A DNA stretch of 38,679 bases from a virus (Duplodnaviria; Caudoviricetes): IMG/VR virus record IMGVR_UViG_3300030207_000331, positions 1-38,679 of that record. The stretch is one strand, 5' to 3'. The translations under genes and the position numbers were made by a program. Positions within the stretch are counted from its first letter, which is position 1. The number at the start of each line of letters is the position of its first letter. The notes beneath the pieces were generated by a model that was not told the origin of the DNA, ran no database searches, and saw only the letters and a program-made list of their open reading frames with translations. Shown here piece after piece: positions 7,011 to 15,300 of this stretch.

Positions 7011-7163
7011 AAGTTTGATGTTGCTAAGAAGGTTAGCAGAAAATGTGGATAGCTATTAAAGTATAAATCCAGTTTGCTTGAAATAAAGCATATGAACAAC
7101 GCCTTCTAGCACTTCACAGACTTTGCTAGTATTTTAAACTGTGAATAATCAAGTAAACTAGCA
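7011..7163 (+). ncRNA. Candidate structured leader/ncRNA
   Basis: GATGTTGCTAAGAAGGT pairs with GCCTTCTAGCACTTC, enclosing GCAGA..TGGAT/ATCCA..TTTGC. A second stem is TGCTAGT/ACTAGCA (7124-7163). Confidence 0.4.
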
Positions 7164-7176
7164 CTTAGGAAAGCTT

Positions 7177-7338
7177 ATGACATTACTAGATGAAAAAGAA
7201 AAACTACTAATTCAAATCTTGCTAGATAACATTACTCCTCAACAACTAGCACACATAAGCAAGATGTTAAATGTCAATCAAAATTATATAAAGTCTGTAT
7301 CAGTTAAATTAAACTTTTTACCTAAGGAGATTAAATGA
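7177..7338 (+). CDS. Small HTH-like protein, 53 aa (not in ORF track)
   Basis: AGGA RBS; MTLLDEKEKLLIQILLDNITPQQLAHISKMLNVNQNYIKSVSVKLNFLPKEIK*; ATGA overlap with next gene. Confidence 0.6.
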   Translation: MTLLDEKEKLLIQILLDNITPQQLAHISKMLNVNQNYIKSVSVKLNFLPKEIK

Positions 7339-7577
7339 AGTTTGAGATTGAGGATGGCATACCTGTTCCAAGAAGGGAAGGTAGACCAAGAAAATATGAT
7401 CTTCCATTAGAGAAGATGAGTAGAGGGCAAACTATAAACATAGAATTACCCAAGTCACAAATACCCAAAGAAGCAAAGATTATTAGAAACTACTGCTTCA
7501 GATTTACGCAAAAGAATCCTAATTATAAATTTACTGTTAGATCACTAGATGATGGTGTTGGCATTTGGAGACTATGA
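7335..7577 (+). CDS. Small putative DNA-binding phage protein
   Basis: IEDGIPVP..GRPRKY..KM..G...FTVR....GVGIWR pattern; AAGGAG RBS. Confidence 0.7.
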   Translation: MKFEIEDGIPVPRREGRPRKYDLPLEKMSRGQTINIELPKSQIPKEAKIIRNYCFRFTQKNPNYKFTVRSLDDGVGIWRL

Positions 7578-8461
7578 AATACACTAATAGACACAAGATA
7601 CCACAAGAGATAATAAACGCAGTACATAACGATAGTTATAGTAAGGGTAAAGCTACTATATCTGCTACAGGTTTATTACAACCACCAAGAATTAGATTAC
7701 TGGCACAAGAGAACTACGAAAAACTTACTATAGATGTATCAGATGAAATATGGAAGTTGTTAGGTCAATCTGTGCATACTATATTAGAGAGGGCAAACGA
7801 GAATAACGAGGATGTGATCACAGAACAGCGTATGTTTACAGTTGTCAACGATTGGACTGTTAGTGGTCAGACAGACAGCATAGATGTTAAGAGCAATACA
7901 CTAAAGGATTATAAGGTCACTAGTGTATGGTCAATTGTTTCTGCTTTGAAAGAGGGGAAAGTAGAATGGGAACAACAGCTTAATATCTATGCTTACCTCT
8001 ACAAGCAGACGACAGGGAAAACAATAGACCAGTTAAATATTATTGCGATAGCTCGGGACTGGAACAAAAACCAGTATCTTCGTAGTGGTGGCGACTATCC
8101 ACCATCACCAGTCACAGTATTAGACATAGATTTATGGAGTGATGAAGAACAAGAGGACTTCATCAAACAAAGAGTTTCAATTCACCAAGAAGCAGAAGTT
8201 GATTATCTGATTAATGATAAGCTTCCATTCTGCACAGATGAAGAAAGGTGGAGAAGAAAAGATACTTATAGAGTGGAAAAGAAAGGTAGAAAGACTGCTG
8301 TTAGAGTGCTTGATACCCAAGAAGAAGCTGATAAGTATATGGAGGGTCACAAAGACATTAAGTTGCTCAAAGTCGTAGAAGCCAAAGGCGAGTGCGTTAG
8401 ATGTGCGAACTATTGCGATGTGGCAGAATTTTGTAATCAATATAACGAGGAAAGCAAATGA
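7574..8461 (+). CDS. PD-(D/E)XK (Cas4/RecB-like) exonuclease
   Basis: ISATGLL, LGQSVH, EQR, SGQTD, DYKVTS, QLNIYAYL, C-terminal RCANYCDVAEFC Cys cluster. Confidence 0.85.
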   Translation: MKYTNRHKIPQEIINAVHNDSYSKGKATISATGLLQPPRIRLLAQENYEKLTIDVSDEIWKLLGQSVHTILERANENNEDVITEQRMFTVVNDWTVSGQTDSIDVKSNTLKDYKVTSVWSIVSALKEGKVEWEQQLNIYAYLYKQTTGKTIDQLNIIAIARDWNKNQYLRSGGDYPPSPVTVLDIDLWSDEEQEDFIKQRVSIHQEAEVDYLINDKLPFCTDEERWRRKDTYRVEKKGRKTAVRVLDTQEEADKYMEGHKDIKLLKVVEAKGECVRCANYCDVAEFCNQYNEESK

Positions 8462-8709
8462 GTATTGAAAATAAAGAAAAGCCTAAACTTGATTATGGAT
8501 ATGGTTATAACGAAACCAATTCTATAGCTATTATTTGGGAAATAGATGATGTTAAAAGCATTAGATCAGATTTAACTGATGACGAGTGCATGGAAGTATT
8601 GGATTATGCAGATAGAAAACATGATGCAACATTGGGTATTACTTACGATACTTTAGAGTGGCATTGTGATTATCTTTTTCCAGTAAAGGAGGAAGCAAAT
8701 GAAAATTAA
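8458..8709 (+). CDS. Hypothetical phage protein
   Basis: 83 aa, ATGA coupling; W..DDV...R.DLTDDEC.EVL.....HDA..GI motif common in phage ORFs. Confidence 0.7.
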   Translation: MSIENKEKPKLDYGYGYNETNSIAIIWEIDDVKSIRSDLTDDECMEVLDYADRKHDATLGITYDTLEWHCDYLFPVKEEANEN

Positions 8710-8875
8710 TAAAGCAATAGACATCATAAATAATGCTTTAATGTTTTATCTAGAAGAAGCTATAGCTTCTGATAAAAAAGAACAAAAGAAACTTAGAGAA
8801 GCTTGGAATGTTCTTCATTATATGGCGAGATACATGCAAAGGCGTGGTGTTAATTTATCTAACAAGGGAGAGTAG
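8699..8875 (+). CDS. Hypothetical protein, 58 aa (not in ORF track)
   Basis: GGAGG RBS; MKINKAIDII...LSNKGE*; fills the gap before the annealase gene. Confidence 0.6.
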   Translation: MKINKAIDIINNALMFYLEEAIASDKKEQKKLREAWNVLHYMARYMQRRGVNLSNKGE

Positions 8876-8876
8876 T

Positions 8877-9599
8877 ATGAGTGATAAAGAACTTACTTAT
8901 AAAGATGTTTGGGACAAGCTATCTAAGATAGATTGTTCAGACAAGATACAAAAGAAGATGAACTTATCTTACTTATCTTGGGCGTGGGCGTGGGGTGTTC
9001 TACAAGAACATTATCCACAGGCACAATATATCTTCTATCAAGGTGATAATGATGTGCCTTATGTTCAGTTTCCAGATGGGACTGCTGAGGTTAGATGTAG
9101 AGTTTCTATTGATAATCTATCAAGAGAGATGTGGCTTCCAGTCATGGATTTTAAGAAAAATGCTGTACAGAATCCTAATAGTATGGAAGTCAATTTTGCT
9201 AAGATGAGATGTCTTACTAAGTGTTTGGGTATGTATGGTTTAGGTCATTATATATATGCAGGTGAGGATGTTCCTAGTGAAGATAGTGATACTGTTGAGA
9301 AAGCTAAACCAAAGAAGGTAGAGCCTAGATCAGTTGGTGGAAGTGCTATGACTAATGTGCAAGAAGAAACTAAACCAGTTGAGCAAGATGATAAAGGTTA
9401 TGGGACTGAAGCTTGGGCAGAACTTTTTGTAAAAAGTTTTATAGATTTAGCCAAAGTGCATAAGAATAAAAAAGCTATGACTGAATACTACAAATCAAAC
9501 ACTAAAGACTTAGCAACATTGAGGGATAGTTTTCCTAAGATGAAAGAGGATTTAGACACAGAACTTAAACAAATCGTATCAAACCTAGAGGGGGAATAA
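8877..9599 (+). CDS. Sak/DUF1071-like (Rad52-fold) single-strand annealing protein
   Basis: LSYLSWAWAW, MWLPVMD, MRCLTKCLGMYGLGHYIYAGEDVP; true start MSDKEL at 8877 after GGAG. Confidence 0.85.
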   Translation: MSDKELTYKDVWDKLSKIDCSDKIQKKMNLSYLSWAWAWGVLQEHYPQAQYIFYQGDNDVPYVQFPDGTAEVRCRVSIDNLSREMWLPVMDFKKNAVQNPNSMEVNFAKMRCLTKCLGMYGLGHYIYAGEDVPSEDSDTVEKAKPKKVEPRSVGGSAMTNVQEETKPVEQDDKGYGTEAWAELFVKSFIDLAKVHKNKKAMTEYYKSNTKDLATLRDSFPKMKEDLDTELKQIVSNLEGE

Positions 9600-9601
9600 T
9601 T

Positions 9602-9901
9602 ATGTACGACAATAAAAACCAAAGTGATGGAGCAATCTACACTAATAATTTTAAGAAAACTGAAAAGCAACCAGACTGGACAGGTAAAGTTGAGTTGAGT
9701 AGGGATATGCTTAAAGAGTTAGTCACCATTATTAAAAATGGTGGCACAGGTGAACTAAGAGTAGCTTTGTGGAATAGAACTTCTAAGAATGGCAACGAAT
9801 ACAAGTATGCTAGATTAGATATACCACAAAAGAAAGAGGAGCCAGTTGTTGATTCTAATCAAGAAGAAGAAACTTTTGGCGAAGATGATATTCCATTTTA
9901 G
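9602..9901 (+). CDS. ssb: Single-stranded DNA-binding protein
   Basis: KQPDWTG motif, acidic tail ending DDIPF, position after the annealase gene. Confidence 0.75.
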   Translation: MYDNKNQSDGAIYTNNFKKTEKQPDWTGKVELSRDMLKELVTIIKNGGTGELRVALWNRTSKNGNEYKYARLDIPQKKEEPVVDSNQEEETFGEDDIPF

Positions 9902-9910
9902 GGAGGAGAT

Positions 9911-10162
9911 ATGCAGAATACACAATATAACAAATGTGATAAGTACACTTATGGCAAGGACTTGATCACAACGATTGAGGAGAACATAGACGAGTATATA
10001 TTTTTTGAGTTTATGTCTAACTACAGAACTCTAATCCATCAGATGCGAAAAGTTGATGATGGAATGAAGTCTACTGTACATCAATTACTTTTAGAATATC
10101 TAGCTTACAAGCTTGATGAAGCTAGAGATGAACATCTAAAAGATAAACTTGGTATTGAATGA
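9911..10162 (+). CDS. Hypothetical protein
   Basis: 83 aa, GGAGG RBS. Confidence 0.65.
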   Translation: MQNTQYNKCDKYTYGKDLITTIEENIDEYIFFEFMSNYRTLIHQMRKVDDGMKSTVHQLLLEYLAYKLDEARDEHLKDKLGIE

Positions 10163-10287
10163 GTATAGAAAAGATTAGAAGATTAGCAGATTTATTCCTT
10201 GTATGTTTAACTCTTACACTAGGACTATCTTTGTTAATCTTCATGGCGAAAGCTTATATGTCACCATTTTACATAGGGGGGATTTAA
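10159..10287 (+). CDS. Small membrane peptide, 42 aa (not in ORF track)
   Basis: MSIEKIRRLADLFLVCLTLTLGLSLLIFMAKAYMSPFYIGGI*; ATGA and TAATG coupling at its two ends. Confidence 0.55.
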   Translation: MSIEKIRRLADLFLVCLTLTLGLSLLIFMAKAYMSPFYIGGI

Positions 10288-10421
10288 TGATTAAAGATAA
10301 ACATTATGTTGATAGAGTTGATAGAACTCAAATACCTGTGCATTTAAGACATCTATCAGATAGAAGATTAAAAGCATTACAGGGACTTTTTAAGGGAAGG
10401 TTTACATGGATGAGCAGATAG
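10287..10421 (+). CDS. Hypothetical protein, 44 aa
   Basis: Start MIKDKH at a TAATG overlap with G-rich RBS. Confidence 0.55.
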   Translation: MIKDKHYVDRVDRTQIPVHLRHLSDRRLKALQGLFKGRFTWMSR

Positions 10422-10744
10422 AAAGTTGGCAAAGTAGAATTAGAGATGTAGCACCAGTAATGCAAACTGCTGAATACGAACTGTTGAAAGCAGAAGCAGA
10501 TGTTAAAAGAGTAGTAGCCTTATGTAAGGCTGTTGCTCTTTCTGAAGGCATTAAGACTGCAAGTGGACAAGATAACTATGCTGAAAATCAAGAAGAAGTA
10601 TATAAGTCTAGGTTGGCTGTTGCAGTTGCCAAAGGTCAGTTGAGTGCTGTTAAAGTTGAATTAAGATCATTAGAGGTTGGCTTTGAAGAATGGCGAACTA
10701 AGATGGTCAATGCAAGAGAAGAAAGAAAGAGGTATGGAGCGTGA
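10406..10744 (+). CDS. Coiled-coil phage protein
   Basis: 112 aa helical ORF in the recombination operon. Confidence 0.7.
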   Translation: MDEQIESWQSRIRDVAPVMQTAEYELLKAEADVKRVVALCKAVALSEGIKTASGQDNYAENQEEVYKSRLAVAVAKGQLSAVKVELRSLEVGFEEWRTKMVNAREERKRYGA

Positions 10745-10974
10745 GTATAAGTAAGAATAAAGCATTTCATAAATGGTTAGGGACTTGTCCTTTTAGGATA
10801 AGTAAAATGGACTTTCAAGATTATGGTTTAACTTCTGTGACTTTTATATGGGATGATGTAGAGGATTGGTCTAATAAGAATATTGCAGATACAGTAGAAG
10901 AAGTAGAAAAATTAGAGGATAAATATCAATCTATAGATAGACACAATGAGGATTACTTTGTTAGAGAGAATTAA
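10741..10974 (+). CDS. Hypothetical protein
   Basis: GTGA coupling with the upstream gene, 77 aa. Confidence 0.55.
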   Translation: MSISKNKAFHKWLGTCPFRISKMDFQDYGLTSVTFIWDDVEDWSNKNIADTVEEVEKLEDKYQSIDRHNEDYFVREN

Positions 10975-11086
10975 GAAATACAACAAGATAATAAAGGAAA
11001 GATTAGAAAAAAAAGTTGATAGGTGTGTTGAGAAATCATTGCAAAAACAAGAGGATAGAATGACAAACCATGACAAAGGGAAGTAG
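10946..11086 (+). CDS. Hypothetical basic peptide, 46 aa (not in ORF track)
   Basis: MRITLLERIKK...HDKGK*; fills a gap in the operon. Confidence 0.4.
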   Translation: MRITLLERIKKYNKIIKERLEKKVDRCVEKSLQKQEDRMTNHDKGK

Positions 11087-11228
11087 ACAAAGACCATACG
11101 ATAGAGATAGCTTTAATGAAAACTTTGATAGGATATTTAAGAATAACAAGAAACCTATAAGAACTTATTGTCAGAAGTGTGGCAAAGATGTAGCGATAGA
11201 AGATATCAATAATCACAAATGTCAATAA
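11070..11228 (+). CDS. Small protein with C-terminal Zn-knuckle, 52 aa (not in ORF track)
   Basis: MTKGSRQRPYDRDSFNENFDRIF...CQKC...HKCQ*; GAGGA upstream. Confidence 0.6.
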   Translation: MTKGSRQRPYDRDSFNENFDRIFKNNKKPIRTYCQKCGKDVAIEDINNHKCQ

Positions 11229-11530
11229 AGGGTAGAAATCCGACAAAAGAAGAAGCTGAACATATGGACAAGGTAAGCGAGTTAGGTTGCATTGTCTGTA
11301 GGAATATGGGTTTAGGTATAGTTCCTGCTGAAATACACCACATAGAAGGCAAGACAAAGGATAACGCACACTTTAAAGTATTGCCCTTATGTTTTGGGCA
11401 TCATAGAGAAGGTGGTAGGTTTGAGCCAATGATTAGCAGACATCCATACAAAAGAAGATTTGAGAGTGCTTATGGCACAGAAGAAAAGTTATTAGAACAA
11501 GTTAATAATATGTTAAAGAATGATGATTGA
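11219..11530 (+). CDS. Ref/DUF968-like HNH nuclease
   Basis: GCIVC, AEIHH, VLPLCFGHHR, FESAYGTEEKLL. Confidence 0.8.
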   Translation: MSIKGRNPTKEEAEHMDKVSELGCIVCRNMGLGIVPAEIHHIEGKTKDNAHFKVLPLCFGHHREGGRFEPMISRHPYKRRFESAYGTEEKLLEQVNNMLKNDD

Positions 11531-11610
11531 CACTAGTGGTAATGTTGGAATAGGAACAAAGTGCCGTATAAAAATAAAATATTTACCAGTATATTGTTTT
11601 TAGAGGCTCT

Positions 11611-12003
11611 ATGAAGATTGATTTACCTTTAGAGGTTTACTACACAAAGAATAAGAAATTTATCTTGAACTTGAATAACTATCGCAACGCACATTATAGG
11701 GTGTTAGCTAGTGCCAAAAAGATTTATGCAGAAAATTTAGTTGATAGGATTAGCCATCCTATGTATGAGGAGCCTGTGATACTAACCTATACATACTACG
11801 CCAAAACCAAGAGAAGGTTAGATGTTAGTAATCCTTGCTCTATTATTGATAAGTTTACTTGTGATGCATTAGTTAAAGCGAATGTGTTAGAGGATGATAG
11901 TTTTAAACAGATCAAAGAAGTGATCTATAAATTTGGTGGGATTGATAAAGACAATCCTAGATGTGAATTGGTAATCGCAGCCGTTAGCTGCAGCATAAAA
12001 TAA
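11611..12003 (+). CDS. rusA: RusA-like Holliday junction resolvase
   Basis: RRLDVSN...KFTCDALV...LEDDS catalytic pattern, NPRCEL. Confidence 0.85.
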   Translation: MKIDLPLEVYYTKNKKFILNLNNYRNAHYRVLASAKKIYAENLVDRISHPMYEEPVILTYTYYAKTKRRLDVSNPCSIIDKFTCDALVKANVLEDDSFKQIKEVIYKFGGIDKDNPRCELVIAAVSCSIK

Positions 12004-12035
12004 TATTTACCAGTCTATTGTAATCGGGGGAGAAA

Positions 12036-12371
12036 ATGCTAGTTGATATACTACAAGAAAAGTTAGATAAAAGAAAAAGGAAGTGGTGGGAATGGCACAA
12101 AAAAAATCCACAGGTTTGGGATAAGTTTGAGGAATACACATTAGAGGCTATCCATAGTGGGAGAAAAAAATACTCACAATGGGCGATCATAAATCGTATT
12201 CGTTGGCACAATGAGATAGAAACAAAGGGTGGTGAGTTTAAGATTAGTAATGATTACATAGGTTTCTATGCAAGACTATTCCAAGCAAGGCATCCACAAC
12301 ACAAAGACTTCTTTACACTAAAACCATTGAAAGAAGAAAAAGATATAGCTATGTTAAAGGTTAAGGCTTAG
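12036..12371 (+). CDS. Conserved phage hypothetical protein
   Basis: WHKKNPQVWDKF, YSQWAIINRIRW, FKISND...YARLF motifs; GGGGAG RBS. Confidence 0.75.
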   Translation: MLVDILQEKLDKRKRKWWEWHKKNPQVWDKFEEYTLEAIHSGRKKYSQWAIINRIRWHNEIETKGGEFKISNDYIGFYARLFQARHPQHKDFFTLKPLKEEKDIAMLKVKA

Positions 12372-15300
12372 AACAGGTATATTAGCTCTCTTTCTTAGTT
12401 CTGGCACCATAGCTAGTCTCATATCTCTTTCTAGCTCTAGTTCACGAAGCATATCTGACTTAACTGATACAGATATGTTCTCATCTCTCATCAGTCTATC
12501 TCTACGCTTTCTCCAGTTGTCTAAGTATCTCTCAATCGCTCTTACTTGACCTTTGACATTCAACACGCCTTGCATATTGCTTCTGTAAGCTGATAACTCA
12601 TCAAATCGTTGTTGTTTCTGTAGCGAGTTGATAGTTGCTACTGCCCTGTCAACCTCACCTCTAAGCTCATAGAATTGTTGCTGATAGCCACCAGACTTAT
12701 CTAAATCAAGTAATAGTCTATTAAATACAGGCATCTTTGATAATTCAAAGTTAGAAGGTAGTAGAGGACTTCCTGTAGCTCCTCTAGTGATAGTATCTAC
12801 AACAGCTAATACATATCCACCAAGAGTTCCTGTATAACCTCTCATTATGTGTTCTATCTTTGCAGGTGAAATATTAAGTGATTCACCTAATATTCTTGCA
12901 AATTCATTGGTAGTTGCCCTTGCTTGTAATCCAGGTTCTTTTTGTTGTTGATAGTAAGGTACAATTTCTGTATCAGTAAAAGTATTTCTATTATTCATTA
13001 CTTCTGCTATTGGCTTTAATAATTGTATTCCAGAACCAGGACCTAAAAATGGAATATTAAAAGATGTACTAACCTGTCTTTCAATAGATGTTAAAGCTTC
13101 ATCAACAGACTTTCTTGTAAAAGCATCATCTCCCATGGTCATATCAAACACTCTTTCAGGTATGGCTTTAAATAACATACCTACTTCAAATGGTATTGGT
13201 ATCTTAACTGCATTACCATTTCCTAAAGGAAAAACCCAGTTATCATCTCTTACTTCTCGTTTAAGATTTTTGTATTCATCTGTATCACTTACCATCATAT
13301 AGTAGAGTGCTGTTAGACCTACAAGTAAAGAAGCATTTAAAGCTGTTCTTCTAAGTATTCTTGATTGTACTTCTTTTAGTGATTCTCCGATCTGTTGTTT
13401 TTCTACAGCAGAATATTGACCAGTTAATCCTCTATGTAATACATCAAGACCTTGTATTCTTGCGTTTAAGAATGGTATTGCAGCAGTAATAATTCTAAAT
13501 AATGGATCAGAACCACGCCTTCCAAAATTAATTATTTCTTGTGCCTGATAAGCTGCTTCTGATTGTGCTACTGCTTCAGAATAACCATCTTCTTTTAGTT
13601 GTTTATAAACAACATCATAAACTGCTTTACGAGTTGCACCATCAGATTTAGTGGTAAGTGCTCCAAGACCATCCCATAATTTAAAGAAAGCACCTGTAGG
13701 AGACATTGCATTATTTGGTGTTAATCCTTGTTGTCTCATTGTTTTAGTAATAAATTGTTTTACACTACCTTCATCAATAGAATAATCATAACCACCAAGC
13801 ACACCAAACTGCTCTAATTCTTCCATGCTGCCAAACATATTTTTAACTGAATCAATAATAGGTGTATATGGTGCACCACTTGTTACAGCAGAAGATAAGG
13901 TATCTCTTAAAATATTTATAACAACAAAGCCTGGGTCTCTTGTAACTGTATCTCTAAGAAACCCTGCTGGTATTGCTAAAAATTTTCCTATAGCACCTGG
14001 AGCTACTCCACCAATATTTTGTAAACTATAGACCAGTCTAGGATCATCTACTTGATAATGCCTCTTAATTCCATCCTCAAAGAAAAATAAACTATCAGCT
14101 TTACCTGCATCTTTTGCAGATATTGATTTAGCCAATCCCATTGTTTCTAAATTTTTAACTATTTTACCCATAGCATCATTTTTTAGTGCTGCTGTAAGAA
14201 TAGATAATGAGTTCCTTGATATAGCTTCTATTGGGTCTGCATCAATAATTTCTTCTGAACCTTCTATCTTTATATCTAATGGATTTCCTGGTAGTGAACC
14301 ACCTGCGATTGCAGGTCCTTTAATACCACTATCATCAACCATTTGTCTATAAAAAGGATAATAAACAGAATGTTCTCTCCATAATGCAGATTGTTCTTTA
14401 CTTAAAATACCTTTTCTTTCTGCAAGTTCAATTAAAGAATTATTCCAATTTTGATAATTACGATAAACCTCTACTACTTCTGGGTGTTGCTGTTCTATTT
14501 GTTCTATAAGAGCATAGTCATTAGGTTGCACGGGTGTATCTATTTCTCTACCACTTTCATCAAGATTTTTTGCTCTTTTTAATATGGCATAACTTTTAAA
14601 AACAGCTTCTAAATTAACATTAAGATTAGAAAATAATGGTGCAAGTATTTGTATAAGACCACCTGTTTTTCCAGTTTTATTGCCATCAGCATCAACAAGT
14701 TCGTAAGGTATTGTTTTTACTAATGAATCAACATCATCTATCTGATCAACAGCAATACCTCTTGTAAGCATACCTTGATATACACCTCTTGATTTATCAG
14801 ACATTCTTATTGATTGTTCTGCACCTGCATTTGCAAACATATTAGCAAGTGTTACATCTTTTGCTGCTATTTCAGCTTCTTCTTGTGTCCAAGGTTTTTC
14901 AGTTTTAGGATTTATTCTTAATTTACCTGTTCTTTCATCTATTCCTAAATACCATTCTGTAGTTTTACCTGCTAATAATGTCTTAGTAATATCATCGTAT
15001 TGATCAATATATCTTTGTCTAAAATTAATAAAAAAGTTTTTAATAGCTGTTATAGGGTCTTTAACAATTTCTATTAACCTTGCACCCCAAGATTGATCAG
15101 GCAATACTTCTCCACCTGTTCTTTTAATAAACTCTTGTAAATTATTATCTAATCCATCAAGTTGAGGTCTTGAAAAATTAGGTATGTCATCTGGTGCTGT
15201 AGCAGATAGGTCTCTATTAAAGTCTATAGCAGCCTTTAAGGCTGTATCTGAGGCGTTTAAATTGTAATAAGGTATTGAACCCCTAGGTGTTTGTTTAACT

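Noticed and set aside
7137-7156. ACTGTGAATAATCAAGT resembles part of a hatchet ribozyme 5' stem
   Set aside because: The downstream conserved hatchet core is not recognisable, so no family was assigned.
7574-8461. Cas4-like nuclease as evidence of a CRISPR system
   Set aside because: No repeat-spacer array or other cas genes; the Sak/SSB context indicates a recombination exonuclease.
11527-11556. TTGACA upstream of rusA as a sigma70 promoter
   Set aside because: No convincing -10 hexamer at 16-18 bp spacing.
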